From NCBI RefSeq assembly GCF_963676685.1, contig NC_092345.1, forward strand, positions 4,836,001 to 4,900,000: a stretch of 64,000 bases of DNA. Reading direction: 5' to 3'. Position numbers and translations under genes: made by a program. Shown here one piece after another: positions 1 to 14,005 of this stretch (positions are counted from its first letter, which is position 1; each line of letters starts with the position of its first letter). Source of the DNA: Mytilus edulis. Taxonomy: Eukaryota. The notes under the pieces are model-generated. The model was not told the DNA's origin and made no database searches. It saw nothing but the letters and a program-made list of their open reading frames with translations.

Positions 1-179
1 TATATGATGAGTTTCTTTACAACCACTGGGTCAATGCCATTGCTGGTGGAGATTTAAATCCCCGAGGGTATCACCAGCCCAGTATAGTCAGCAACTTGTG
101 TTGACTTAAGTTATCATTGATATGTTCATAATTATAAATTAACTGTTAACAAAACTTTGAATTTTTGAAATACTTATTA

Positions 180-325
180 TAAAAAAGAAGATGTGGTATG
201 ATTGCAAATGAGACAACTCTCCAAAAGAGACCAAAATGACACACAAATTAACAACTATAGGTCACCGTACGGCCTCAAACAATGAGCAAAGCCCATACTG
301 CATAGTCATCTATAAAAGGCCACGA
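180..325 (+). repeat. Dispersed SINE-like repeat (AAGAAGATGTGGTATGATTGC.AATGAGACAACT...) nested in the hammerhead repeat
   Basis: Related copies or fragments at ~2490, 7055, 41120, 43230, 47280, 49830 and 63515. Confidence 0.75.
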
Positions 326-448
326 AGCCTTTTCTACCTCAGGAATAGATTATCTTAGCTGTATTTGGCAAAACTTTTAGGAATTTGTAGTCCTCAATGC
401 TCTTCAACTTCGTGCTTTATTGGGCCTTTTTAACACATTTTGATTCGA

Positions 449-492
449 GCGTCACTGATGAGTCTTTTGTAGACGAAACATGCGTCTGGCGT
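449..492 (+). ncRNA. Minimal type I hammerhead ribozyme (retrozyme-like repeat)
   Basis: GCGTCA-CTGATGA-GTCT-tttgt-AGAC-GAAA-catgcGTC-TGGCGT. Intact CUGAUGA/GAAA core, stem II GTCT/AGAC, stem I GCGUCA/UGGCGU, GUC cleavage triplet at 484-486. Confidence 0.8.
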
Positions 493-699
493 AAATATAA
501 AATTTCAATCCTGGTATCTATGATGAGTTTATTAACACATATTTATATGTGTAACAAGAGTCAAAATACATAGTCATATTTATGGTTACTACTACAAAAC
601 GATGTTAACATATAATCATATTAATTAAATTATTTCAACTAATTTCTTAATAATGCAGAGATAAGTTTTTAAGAACCTTGATATTGCAAAATGAAAGCA

Positions 700-2400
700 G
701 TCCTTTCATTTTTTCAACTCATTGATAAATGCTGTAATATTCTAAAATATGTATTTTTCTTATATTTTTAACAATATCAGACTGGCACTCAAATAAGTGG
801 TGAAACTCATTTCAAATCGACAAGGAGCAGATATGACACTGCCTTTCATCTCTAGGAATACCATTCAATCTTGCTGATTCAATTGGTATCTTAAGGTTAC
901 AGCATCGCAATATATTGTAATATTTTTACAATCTGCAGATGACCTAAGCCAAAGTCGATTATGAAAAGACGGTAGTTTCCCCCCTCAATGAGTTTTGGAT
1001 TTGGGAGTGCCACTTTTCGATGAACTAATCTGTTAATCTTTGATGAATATAACTTTTGTCTAAAACGTTGATTATTCTTCATGGACTGTAAAATTTCGTT
1101 GATGAAAACATTTGGTCTCTATGACATTTCGCATATATAAATTTGTCAAAACTCTTAATAATTTCTTTTTTTAACCTTATCCAGTCCTCCAATGGCGATG
1201 AATTGCCAATCTTTTGATTTGTTTTCCAACCTAGTCTTCTTCGAGCTATATGTTTATAATCATTTCATTTCCTCTTTCAGAAATCAAGTAAAGATAATAC
1301 GAATACTTCACCAAGATAGCAGTTAAAAAAAAACAGGCACCCCAAACTCCTAAAAGACTTTTATGTTGGGAAATACACAGGAGACACCCCAGTGACAATA
1401 CAAAACCCGAGGTCGCGAACACCCCTTTCAAACTGAAACAACTTAGGTTTGATTTGCAGAACCTGTGTTGAATTTTGTTCGACATTTTTTCAGGTAAGAA
1501 GACAAACGGAATTAACTTAAGACACCAAATTCAAAATCTATATTTCCCGATTTTACGATTGTATGTCAACGATTAATGTACTTTAGTTGTGCACTGTTAA
1601 AGGACGAGAAGAAATCAAGACACACAACTCTTCTCAAGGCGCTTCTCATATTTCGAAGTAATGCTGATGTCAGTAAATGTTGCATAAAAGGTATTTAATT
1701 AAAATGAGATGTACAGGTCCAGACGTTCACTGACTTATATACATTAATTGTATTACTATTATGTAAAATGAACCTCCTCAGTTAATTGTATTACTATTAT
1801 GTAAAATGAACCTCCTCAGTTAATTGGATAGAAGAGGGAAACTTTAGCAACAATCTATTCATCTATTATATCTTTTTTTCTTGCTTTATTTAACATATAC
1901 ACTATCATTTTAAGTGCATATAATTTATTGTTATGATTAAGTTTGTTCTGTGTTTGTGCGTTAATGACAATGATCCAGATTTTGGATGTTATATCGATAA
2001 AATCTTTGACTCTGACTTTGCAAAGAGCAGCAAAGAAAAACTGTTAATCTTTATATTTTTAATTAATCTTTGACTTTTAATTAATCTTTGACTTTTAATT
2101 AATCTTTGACTTTTAATTATATTTGTCATCAAATACCGTTGGTAATTAAAAGGCCGATAGAATTACACAAAGAATATAATGACAATGTTTCCAGGAATGA
2201 ATCGTATACCTTTGTTACACATTATTCCTTGAACAGGTGCTCTAATTATGTAAGTTTCTTTTGTTTTCTAGTTGTACATATCACTGTGGCTTTTGTTGAA
2301 AATTTTACTGCTCTAACTTATAAAATTAAGCAGTATATATTGATCTTTACGCCAGGGCAAAATTTTACTTGTTGCAAGATATGTTTTTGTAAAATTAAAA
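700..2400 (-). mobile_element. Decayed non-LTR retrotransposon ORF2 remnant (duplicated at ~7550-9120)
   Basis: Minus strand ~780-900 translates as NLKIPIESARLNGIPRDERQCHICSLSI*NEFHHLFECQ, the C-terminal CCHC knuckle region of LINE ORF2, with a stop codon. Upstream boundary is approximate. Confidence 0.65.
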
Positions 2401-5400
2401 ACTTTAATTGATTGATTGTTTGCTGCTTAACGTGTAGTGGTTTAAATCTTCATTGTATGTTATGCATCCATATAAATAGACATAGGACGATATGTGGCAT
2501 GAGTGCCAATGAGACAACTCTCGTGTTGTATTTGGTAATGACACCTTTGTACTCATACAAGCTCAAGGTCATTATAAATTCAATTTGTTGTTGTTTGCTT
2601 ATGTAGTGTCAAAGGTTTCCTTGAAAACAATATGTTGATTCTTTTTTATTTCCTGCCTGATTCAACACGTCAACACGTCAAGGACAATTTTCAGCTTTAC
2701 ATACTGTATAATCATGATAATCACATTCTGAAAACCCTAAGTGACCACATCATGCTCATATATATCTAGTCGCTTATTTATCTGTAGTTTTAATAATCAT
2801 TATAATCCGAACTGTTCAATTCGCAGATAATGCTAGCATAAGACTTGGCATGCAATCGCTGGATTACTAATAAATATAAAGATATGGTAAGATTGCCAAT
2901 GAAACACTGTTCCACCAGAGAGCAGACCGAATGACGTACATGATTTACAACTATAGGTCAATTGCCTTATGTACTAAAGGTGAAGGTTTAACCCTTGGTC
3001 TGGTATAAGGTAAGTCTTTTAATGGCTTTAAATATATAGCCAAGCACCTAGAATAATGGGGATATAACATATAGTACTGTACCACTGCTCAGAGTCCGAC
3101 TTCCATGTCAAAGTAGGGAAAAAAAACACGTCTTTCTGTAGTTAATATGATACATTATATATATAGATTATAACATGGCATTTTTTTTTATATCATACCT
3201 CTTATCAGCCCGAGAGCCGATAGGCTCGAGGGATGATTTTGACCATGGGCTGATAACGGGTCTGATATGAAAGACATGCAATGTTCTTTTTATTCTATTC
3301 TATTCTATCATATATTTCAGCAGAAGACACAGGGACACTATTTTTTAAACCTTTGAAAAAATGCATTTGTTGTAATATTTGTTTTGCATTTTTTTATAGT
3401 ATATTTCCCTGATTTTGATATTTTTTTTTATCCCAACTGTGTTATGTTTTACACATGTAACCATTGAGAAGAATTTTTCGGCAAATTCCGAATGACGTCG
3501 AAATGTCATGCGATAACGTTATGTACAGAAAAGCATGTGATAATAACCGGAAGCAGTTGATATGAAACAGAAGCAGTTGATATAAACCGGAAGCAGTTGA
3601 TAACAAAAGTCATATCACACGGCTAAAGAAAATCATCAAATTTAATGAATAAATACATGTACAAACTAGTTTTATGATAAAACATACTTTCATACACATT
3701 GCACGTAATATTTGCCGCTGGACTTAAACATTAATGGATATCCATACAATTGATTTCATTTTACTACTAGGACAACCATACTATAACATTTAATACAGAA
3801 CAAGAAATCTCGTTTCTGTGCCGTTATCATTTTTGGAAAATTTGAAGTCTATAACAAACACGAGTATCTATAACAAACACGAGTACAGTTTTCCTTAATT
3901 TTCTGCTTCTTTCTATCGGTCAGTGTGCTGTCTGTTCTTTGACTTTTGAATTCAATTGCACCTAGTTGTTAATTTCCTAACAGGTGAACCCATGATTTTC
4001 ATTTGATTTTGAGTAGAAAATAAATTGTATTGTTCCTTTAACTAGTAGATATTCGTTATAATTACATTTTGAGATACGTTTGTCACATTTTGTCTCATTG
4101 ACAAGCATTTCATATTTGATTCATTCCTAAGGAAACTTTTTAACCTTTGTAGATTTAAACTTATAAAACCATTTATTTTGAGACTTAGTTTTACCATTAA
4201 ACAACGTTTTACACTGCAACATGCCCGACTTATTCTCCTCTTTAAATAACGTCATCCTTTAAGCCGGATAAATTGAAAAAAGGTTAGTGACAAAGAAGGT
4301 CATGTGTTTACTATTTACTACGAGTATTGACACGACGTGGCATACAAACAAGTTGAGGAAAAACGACCTTTGATATTATAAAAAATGTGTAAACGTGGCA
4401 TTGTTTATTCAGTGGATTTTTACAATGTAAATTTTATCTTCGAGATGGAATAAATATATGAACATAATGGGTATTGAATATTAATTTATTAGTAATCAAG
4501 GTGAAAACCAAAGCAAAAATACAGGAAGAAAGAAACATCTCATATTACATGAAAACTGTCGGATATTTAAAGTCCAAAAACATGAATAATTTATCCTGTG
4601 ATTGAAACATCTTTGTCACATGAGAATTAGTTCCGAGTTTATAAATGACATCAGTGTCCATTGTGTTATAAACCCTATATTTACTATTCAGAATTCAACG
4701 AAACAAAATATCACATATATTGTGATTTCTGAAATCGATAAACAATGGGGTTATCCAAATATAGATTTAAACAGTATCAATTGGAATAATGTTTTTATAC
4801 TTTATAAATACTTTTCTTATAACATTTGTTTGAACACCTAGTATCAAATTTAATGCAGAAATCATTATTAGCATTTAAAATCTTGATGTCGCCTTAAAGG
4901 TGTCCAGTCTATGCTACACCACGCAGAAGCGCATTAAGTGTTCTTGAACATATTTGAAATATTTGCCACTCACTTGACACATAGTAAACAACTAGCCCAA
5001 GATGGCATTAATGTACAAAAATAACGATTTATTATCTTCAATTGTAGTTTCAAGAACCAGTTTTAATACAAACTTGAGGATGTTAAAGTCATTTTTTTGG
5101 TGTTCAAATTACCATGGTAATCCTAATGAAGTTCGAGATGACATTTCTAGATCCCTCCCCTTCTCACAAAAGAAATGTTGCATTAGAATAGAGAGTTACG
5201 TTAAGTAACAAGAACTATAACTCTAACGAAAAATAATTGTCAGGAAAGCAAGATTTATCTACCCTTAGAGTATGTAGGTGCATGTAAATGTCTCTAACTT
5301 TTTATTATACTATAAGCGAGATAATCATTAGAATTGTTTTTTGTAAAAATAGGGACAAGAAGAATACATATTTGATCTTTTACTGATTTTGGTCATTTAC

Positions 5401-6268
5401 TTTAAATAGTACGTTATATGTCATAATGCTCCCATTAAATTAATAAATATACATCAATTCTGACCAGTGAAGGTATTTTAATTCACGAAAAGAGAATTAC
5501 GGATATTTCTCAGTCGAATATGGGGTTTGCTTGTTATTAAAGACTGATCGGTGTCCTTTAGTTCAGAAATACGCGTAATTTGGACTCAGATCAAAATAGT
5601 TAGATATAAAAAAAAAGTAAAAAGTTGAAGAGCGTTGAGGATAAAAAAAAATCCAAAAAGTTTTGCCAAATATGGCTAAGTTAATGGAGGCAAATTTCTC
5701 GCATCAGCACCATAGTCATTAGTTTCAACATGATACGAATTTACTCGACAATCCCAGAGTCTTAAAACCGGTAACTGACAGCTGAGATTTAACATTTTGC
5801 GTGATTTCTTTTGATCAACACATCAAATACAAGTCAGTTTATCTTGCATGTTGATATTTACAAAATGTCAAATGTTGGTAGACGAAATCGGACAGAAACA
5901 GGAACAGAAATATAGCATTTCTAATTTAGCTCCACATTTAAAGTTACGGTTTTTAATACAAGTCATGTTTAAATATTTCTTTCTATGCTCCAAAATCGTC
6001 ATTCAAAATCGTCATCTACTCAAACGAAAATGAGAACAAAAGAATTAACTTACTTTTTCTCCACATATAACAATATTGTCTCTTTACATTTTTATAAACC
6101 TGTCAGTTAATTTAATCAATAACCAAATATTGTTAGTATATACATAAGATATGTACTTTCACCATACCCAGGTTTGTAATATATATAGACAAGCATAGAA
6201 TATTGTAAACGATGTTTACTGTTATGAAGAATATGTTACATGTTTTTCATACGCAAGATCAATCGAAA

Positions 6269-6668
6269 TCACACAGCCTGAATAAGAAATCCCGAGAACG
6301 TTGATAATGTATATCCACCATTAATAGTATTGGAACCCCAAATTGATTCCGTCTTGCACCACACATCATCTCCTGTGTTCAGCTGAAGAACGACAGAAGC
6401 CGTTCCTCTGAGAAACAAGTTAGTATTTCCATCCATAAACGTAACGGCCACTGGTTCGTTATTTTTCATTATGCGAACATGAAGGTTATGACAGGTGGAC
6501 TGAGGAACGGCTGTTATTTCTACTGCAAAATGATACAACCCTGGTATGGGTGAAACAAATATTCCATTTCGTGAATTATAATTGTTCCCAATGTTCAAAA
6601 TCGAGTGATCAAAAACGATGTGGACATTATTGGCTGGGTTAACAATATTATTTGATACTTCTGCCACA
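6269..6668 (-). pseudogene. C1q-domain exon, copy A; 5'-truncated by the duplication breakpoint (native splice acceptor lost)
   Basis: Open 132-codon gC1q domain (IVFD..LNIGNNYN..G.F..PIPGLYHF...LQL..GDDVW...STFSGFLI). Upstream of GTG GCA the sequence no longer matches the TTTCAG acceptor of copies B/C/D, and an in-frame TAA lies 3 codons upstream. Confidence 0.8.
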
Positions 6669-6806
6669 TGGTGTTAACAATGCAAAGATTTTGACCTTTG
6701 AGATAAAGGTGGAAATATACCCACTTTTTCCAATGGTATTTCTTAATCCGCTTTTCAACAATAATAATAATAATATACTTTATTTTGAAACACTCAGACG
6801 ATTCGA

Positions 6807-6850
6807 GCTTCACTGATCAGTCTTTTGTAGACGAAACGCGCGTCTGTCGT
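6807..6850 (+). ncRNA. Degenerate hammerhead ribozyme copy
   Basis: Same motif as 449-492, but the core reads CTGATCA (conserved G8 changed) and stem I is mismatched. Confidence 0.6.
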
Positions 6851-7315
6851 AAATATAAAATTTCAATCCTGGTATATATGATGAGTTTATTTACAACCAC
6901 TGGGTCAATGCTATTGCTGGTGGAGATATAAACCCCGAGGGTATCAGCAGCCCAGTATAGTCAGCAACTTGTGTTGACTTAAGTTATCATTGATATGTTC
7001 ATAATTATAAATTAACTGTTAACAAAACTTTGAATTTTTGAAATACTTATTATAAAAAAGAAGATGTGGTATGATTGCAAATGAGACAACTCGCCACAAG
7101 AGACCAAAATGACACACAAATTAACAACTATAGGTCACCGTACGGCCTCCAACAATGAGCAAAGCTGCATAGTCATCTATAAAAGGCCACGAAGCCTTTT
7201 CTACCTCAGGAATAGATTACCTTAGCTATATTTGGCAAAACTTTTAGAAATTTGTAGTCCGCAATGCCCTTCAACTTCGTACTTTATTGGGCCTTTTTAA
7301 CACATTTTGATTCGA

Positions 7316-7359
7316 GCGTCACTGATGAGTCTTTTGTAGACGAAACACGCGTCTGGCGT
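7316..7359 (+). ncRNA. Minimal type I hammerhead ribozyme
   Basis: GCGTCA-CTGATGA-GTCT-tttgt-AGAC-GAAA-cacgcGTC-TGGCGT; intact core. Confidence 0.8.
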
Positions 7360-10300
7360 AAATATAAAATTTCAATCCTGGTATCTATGATGAGTTTATT
7401 TACACATATTTATATGTGTAACAAGAGTCAAAATACATAGTCATATTTATGGTTACTACTAAACGATGTTAACATATAATCATATTAATTAAAATATTTC
7501 ATCTAATTTCTTAATAATGCAGAGATAAGTTTTTAAGAACCTTGATATTGCAAAATGAAAGCAGTGCTTTCATTTTTTTCAACTCATGGATAAATGCTGT
7601 AATATTCTAAAATATGTATTTTTCTTATATTTTTAACAATATCAGACTGGCATTCAAATAAGTGGTAAAACTCATTTCAAATCGACAAGGAGCAGATATG
7701 ACACTGCCTTTCATCTCTAGGAATACCATTCAATCTTGCTGATTCAATTGGTATCTTAAGGTTACAGCATCGCAATATATTGTAATATTTTTACGATCTG
7801 CAGATGAGCTAAGCCAAAGTCGATTATGAAAAGACGGTAGTTTTCCCCCTCAATGAGTTTTGGATTTGGGAGTGCCACTTTTGGATGAAATAATCTGTTA
7901 ATCTTTGATGAATATAACTTTTGTCTAAAACGTTGATTATTCTTCATGGACTGTAAAATTTCGTTGATGAAAACATTTGGTCTCTATGACATTTCGCATA
8001 TATTAATTTGTCAAAACTCTTAATAATTGCTTTTTTAACCTTATCCAGTCCTCCAATGGCGATGAATTGCCAATCTTTTGATTTGTTTTCCAACCTAGTC
8101 TTCTTCGAGCTATATGTTTATAATTATTTCATTTCCTTTTTCAGAAATCAAGTAAAGATAATACGAATACTTCACCAAGATAGCAGTTAAAAAAACAGGC
8201 ACGCCAAACTCCTAAAAGACTTTTATGTTGGGAAATACACAGGAGACATCCCAGTGACAATACAAAACCCGATGTCGCGAACACCCCCTTCAAACTGAAA
8301 CAACTTAGGTTTGATTTTCAGAACCTGTGTTGAATTTTGTTCGACATTTTTCAGGTAAGAAGACAAACGGTATTAACTTAAGACATCAAATTCAAAATCT
8401 ATATTTCCCGATTTTACGATTGTATGTCAACGATTAATGTACTTTAGTTGTGCACTGTTAAAGGACGAGAAGAATTCAAGACACACAACTCTTCTCAAGG
8501 CGCTTCTCATATTTAGAAGTAACGCTTATGTCAGTAAATGTTGCATGAAAGGTATTTAATTAAAATGAGATGTAGAGGTCCAGACGTTCACTGACTTATA
8601 TACATTAATTGTATTACTATTATGTAAAATGAACCTCCTCAGTTAATTGTATTACTATTATGTAAAATGAACCTCCTCAGTTAATTGGATAGAAGAGGGA
8701 AACTTTAGCAACAATCTATTCATCTATTATATGTTTTTTTCTTGCTTTATTTAACATATACACTATCATTTTATGTACACATAATTGATTGTTATGATTA
8801 AGTTTGTTCTGTGTTTGTGCGTTAATGACAATGATCCAGATTTTGGATGTTATATCGATAAAATCTTTGACTTTGACTTTGCAAAGAGCAGCAAAGAAAA
8901 ACTGTTAATCTTTATATTTTTAATTAATCTTTGACTTTTAATTATATCTGTCATCAGATATTGATTTTCATTACCGTTGGTAATTAAAAGGCCGATAGAA
9001 TTACACAAAGAATATAATGACAATGTTTCCAGGAATGAATCGTATACCTTTGTTACACAATATTCCTTGAATAGGTGCTCTAATTGTGTGAGTTTCTTTT
9101 GTTTTCTGGTTGGATATCTCACTGTGGCTTTTGTTTTCTGGTTGTATATCTCACTGTGGCTTTTGTTGCAGATTTTACTTTAATTGATTGATTGTTTGCT
9201 GCTTAACGTGTAGTGGTTTAAATCTTCATTGTATGTTATGCATCCATATACATAGACATAGGACGATGTGGCATGAGTGCCAATGAGACAACTCTCATGT
9301 TGTATTTGGTAATGACACCTTTGTACTCATACAAGCTCAAGATCATTATAAATTCAATTTGTTGTTGTTTGCTTATGTAGTGTCAAAGGTTTCCTTGAAA
9401 ACAATATGTTGATTCTTTTTTATTTTCTGCCTGATTCAACACGCCAAGGACAATTTTCAGCTTTACATACTGTATAATCATGATCATCACATTTTGAAAA
9501 CCCTAAGTGACCACATCATGCTCATATATCTAGTCGCTTATTTATCTGTAGTTTTAATAATCATTATAATCCGAACTGTTCAATTCGCAGATAATGCTAG
9601 CATAAGACTTGGCATGCAATCGCTGGATTGCTAATAAATATAAAGATATAGTAAGATTGCCAATGGAACACTGTTCCACCAGAGAGCAGACCGAATGACG
9701 TACATGATTTACTACTATAGGTCAATTGCCTTATGTACTAAAGGTGAAGGTTAAACCCTTGGTCTGGTATAAGGTAAGTCTTTCAATGGCTTTAAATATA
9801 TAGTACTGTACCACTGCCCAGAGTCTGACTTCCATGTCAAAGTAGGAAAAAAAAACACGTCTTTCTGTGGTTAATATGATAACGTTATACTTTATATATA
9901 GATTATAACATGGCATTTTTTTTTATATCTGACCCCTTATCAGCCCTAGTCATGATATCAGGCCGAGAGCCGATATGAAAGACATGTAATGTTCTTTTTA
10001 TTCTATTCTATTCTATCATATATTTCAGCAGAAGACACAGGGACAAAAACTTTTTTTTAAACCTTTGAAAAAATGCATTTGTTGTAATATTTGTTTTGCA
10101 TTTTTTATAGTATATTTCCCTAATTTTTTTTATCCCAACTGTGTTATGTTTTACACATGTAACCATTGAGAAGAATATTTCGAAATTTGCCGAATGACGT
10201 CGAAATGTCATGCGATAACTTTATGTACAGAAAAGCATGTGATAATAACCGGAAGCAGTTGATATGAAACAGAAGCAGTTGATAACAAAAGTCATATCAC

Positions 10301-11818
10301 ACGGCTAAAATCATCAAATTTAATGATTAAATACATGTACAAACTAGTTTTATGATAAAACATACTTTCATACACATTGCACGTGATATTTGCCGCTGGA
10401 CTTAAACATTAATGGATATCCATACAATTGATTTCATTTTACTACTAGGACAACCATACTATAACATTTAATACAGAACAAGAAATCTCGTTTCTGTGCC
10501 GTTATCATTTTGGACAATTTGAAGTCTATAACAAACACGAGTACAGTTTTCCTTAATTTTCTGCTTCTTTCTATCGATCAGTGTGCTGTCTGTTCTTTGA
10601 ATTTTGAATTCAATTGCACCTAGTTGTTAATTTCCTAACAGGTGAACCCATGATTTTCATTTGATTTGGAGTAGAAAATCAATTGTATTGTTCCTTTAAC
10701 TAGTAGATATTCGTTATAATTACATTTTGAGATATTTTTTGTCACATTTTGTCTCATTGACAAGCATGTCATATTTGATTCATTCCACTTCATCCTTCCT
10801 AAGGAGACTTTTTAACCTTTGTAGATTTAATCTAATAAAACCATTTATTTTGAGACTGCAACATGCCCGACTTATTCTCCTCTTTAAATAACGTCATCCT
10901 TTAAGCCGGATAAATTGAAAAAAAGGTTAGTGACAAAGTAGGTCATATGTTTACTATTTACTACGAGTATTGACACCACGTGGCATACAAACAAGTTGAG
11001 GAAAAATGACCTTTGATATGATAAAAAAGTGTAAACGTGGCATTGTTTATTCAGTGGATTTTTACAATTTTACACTGTAAATTTTATCTTCGAGATGGAA
11101 TAAATATATGAACACAATGGGTATTGAATATTAATTTATTAGTAATCAAGGTGAAAACCAAAGCAAAAATACAGGAAGAAAGAAACATCTCATATTACAT
11201 GAAAACTGTCGGATATTTAAAGTACAAAAACATGAATAATTTATCCTGTGATTGAAACATCTTTGTCACATGAGAATTAGTTCTGAGTTTATAAATGACA
11301 TCAGTGTCCATTGTGTTATAAACCCTATATTTACTATTCAGAATTCAACGAAACAAAATATCACATATATTGTGATTTCTGAAATCGATAAACAATGGGG
11401 TTATGAAGTTCGAGATGACATTTCTAGATCCCTCCCCTTCTCACAAAAGAAATGTTGCATTAGAATAGAGAGTTACGTTAAGTAACAAGAACTATAACTC
11501 TAACGAAAGATAATTGTCAGGAAAGCAAGATTTATCTACCCTTAGAGTATGTAGGTGCATGTAAATGTCTCTAACTTTTTATTATAATATAAGCGAGATA
11601 ATCATTAGAATTTTTTTTTGTAAAAATAGGGACAAGAAGAATACATATTTGATCTTTTACTGATTTTGGTCATTTACTTTAAATAGTACGTTATATGTCA
11701 TAATGCTCCCTTTTAATTAATAAATATACATCAATTCTGACCAGTGAAGGTATTTTAATTCACGAAAAGAGAATTACGGATATTTCTCAGTCGAATATGG
11801 GGTTTGCTTGTTATTAAA

Positions 11819-12254
11819 GGTGGCACGGTAGTATTTCCTGGCCCATAGGGATAATGATAGCCTTTTTAAAATTTTCACCACTTTCTAACACTGCAAAAAA
11901 TTCTACATTCACAGTTAACTGAAGTACTTTCATTTTACTATTTAGAAATGAATTTGAATATGTATCATGACCGTTTACTTTTTTTGCTATATTTAAATAC
12001 CTAAGGCCACTAGTGTTTTTAGGTCTTTTATGGTGCAGTGAATACAAAATTTCAAAAAATTCTCAAAAATTCATTTTCATCTGTATGTAAAATTATTTCA
12101 TATTTTTCTACACCTGATTCATCCCTCAGTTTGGGAAAATAAGATCAGTTGATACTGTATTTTTTGTCCAAACGCACTGTTTAGATACATTAACCTAAGT
12201 AGGGTACACAAAAGAGCAACCTAAATTCTGGAATGCAAATACTACCGTGCCACC
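11819..12254. mobile_element. Non-autonomous DNA transposon (MITE), Kolobok-like ends
   Basis: Terminal inverted repeats (TIRs) GGTGGCACGGTAGTATTT / AAATACTACCGTGCCACC flanked by a TAAA duplication. The empty site tatTAAAgactg is present in unit 1 at ~5538. Confidence 0.9.
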
Positions 12255-12816
12255 TAAAGACTGATCGGTGTCCTTTAGTTCAGAAATACGCGTAATTTGG
12301 ACTCAGATCAAAATAGTTAGATACAAAAAAAAAAAGTAAAAAGTTGAAGAGCGTTGAGGATAAAAAAAAATCCAAAAAGTTTTGCCAGATATGGCTTAGT
12401 TAATGGAGGCAAATTTCTCGCATCAGCACCATAGTCATTAGTTTCAACATAATACGAATTTACTCGACAATCCCAGAGTCTTAAAACCGGTAACTGACAG
12501 CTGAGATTTAACATTTTGCGTGATTTCTTTTGATCAACACATCAAATACAAGTCAGTTTATCTTGCATGTTGATATTTACAAAATGTCAAATATTGCTAG
12601 ACGAAATCGGAGAGAAACAGGAACTGAAATATAGCATTTCTAATTTAGCTCCACATTTAAAGTTACGGTTTTTAGTACAAGTCATGTTTAAAAATTTCTT
12701 TCTATGCTCCAAAATCCTCATTCTTCTCAAACGAAAATGAGGACAAAAGAATTAACTTACTTTTTCTCCACATATAATAATATTATATCTTTACATTGTT
12801 ATAAACCTGTCAGTTA

Positions 12817-13245
12817 AGCACAAGTCACACTGTCACGTTTTACTACGTTTTAAAATGCTACGTTTCAACTACATTTTGAATAAAAATGTCCCGTTTTTTT
12901 TAAAGCTAGGTTCCACTAGGTTTGTGCTACGTTTTTATCACGTTTTGCTACGAATAAGTACGTGTAGACCCACGTTTCCACCACGCATTGATACGTTTCG
13001 ATACGTAGTAAGTACGTTTTGTTACGTTCTGCTAAGCTTTGATACCTATTTACTGTACTAGGTTTCTACTTCGTTTCAATTTTCGCTACGTTTGTTGTTG
13101 AATTTTCAAAACGTACGGGGCATGTCCTGTTTTGAACAAAGGATCACTACGTTTCGATACGCTTCGTTACATATATTCCCGTTTCGCTACGCTTTCAAAA
13201 CGTAGTACAACGTAGCTCTTGAAACGTGACAGTGTGACTTGGGCT
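12817..13245. mobile_element. MITE, PIF/Harbinger-like (3-bp TTA TSD)
   Basis: TIRs AGCACAAGTCACACTGTCACGTTT / AAACGTGACAGTGTGACTTGGGCT, TTA on both sides, many internal TACGTTT motifs. Absent from unit 1. Confidence 0.9.
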
Positions 13246-13333
13246 TTAATCAATTACCAAATCTTGCTAGTATATATACATAAGATATGTTCTTTTACCA
13301 TACCCAGGTTTGTAATATATAGACAGTCATAGA

Positions 13334-13549
13334 TTTCATTATGCGAACATGAAGGACATGACCGGTGGACTGCGGAAGGGCTGTTATTTCTACTGCAAAA
13401 TGATACAACCCTGGTATGGGTGCAACAAATACTCCATTTCGTGAATTATAATTGTCCCCAATGTTCAAAATCGAGTGATCAAAAACGATATGGACATTAT
13501 TTAACAATATTATTTGATACTTCTGCCACAAAAGCTAATATCTTCTTTT
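13334..13549 (-). pseudogene. C1q-domain exon, copy B (half exon, frameshifted)
   Basis: Retains the acceptor (AG at 13550-13551). Has an 8-bp deletion near 13500 and lacks everything after HVRIMK, joining directly to 3' flank sequence. Confidence 0.88.
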
Positions 13550-13591
13550 CTGAAAGATAAATGAACCTTCATTATTCATGAGTTAAAGAAT

Positions 13592-13975
13592 GTTAAAACT
13601 ATAGAATGAAATTCAAAACAGTGTGGCTGTGGCCATTGATTGACACATTAAATTCATCCATTGACTGGGACAATGTACGTGAACGTTTGTCTGTAACGAC
13701 CACTTTTCACGACGTACCTACGATAGACATTTAAACTGTGTGGTTACCAAAGGTTTCTTAACGCCTTTAATTATAAAATAATTCGAAAAAATAAACAGGA
13801 ATAACCTTTATGTTTTGATTTATATAATTGATATAAATCAAAACATCGTGTTATTTCTGATTAATTTTTCGAATTACTTTATTAAGGTGTTGAAAACCTT
13901 TGGTGGCCCCATAGTTTAAGTGTCTTTAAAAAGAACATAGTGAGCAGTGGTCGTTACATACAAACGTTCACCTAA
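13592..13975. mobile_element. Foldback/MITE-like element with a long imperfect palindrome (13679-13971)
   Basis: GTGAACGTTTGTCTGTAACGACCACT at 13679 pairs with AGTGGTCGTTACATACAAACGTTCAC ending at 13971. Inner arms (accaaaggttt/aaacctttggt, taattcgaaaaa/tttttcgaatta) also pair. Confidence 0.75.
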
Positions 13976-14005
13976 ATTTTTTTTCATACGCAAGATCGAT
14001 CGAAA

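Larger units (their letters stand above)
1..6668. repeat. Tandem segmental duplication, unit 1 (begins before the window; ends inside a C1q exon)
   Basis: Sequence from position 1 recurs near-identically from 6875 onward. The ORF track shows paired ORFs (897/7762, 4602/11252, 6269/14006). Homology to the 14006 exon copy stops abruptly at 6668. Confidence 0.95.
6669..13333. repeat. Tandem segmental duplication, unit 2 (carries two extra MITEs and several deletions relative to unit 1)
   Basis: Colinear with 1-6200. Extra elements at 11819-12254 and 12817-13245. Lacks the unit-1 segment ~4754-5125. Confidence 0.92.

Noticed and set aside
897-12514. Paired 60-100-aa ORFs in the duplicated units as genes
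   Set aside because: Their similarity reflects the recent DNA duplication. They lack domains, and several overlap decayed LINE or MITE sequence.
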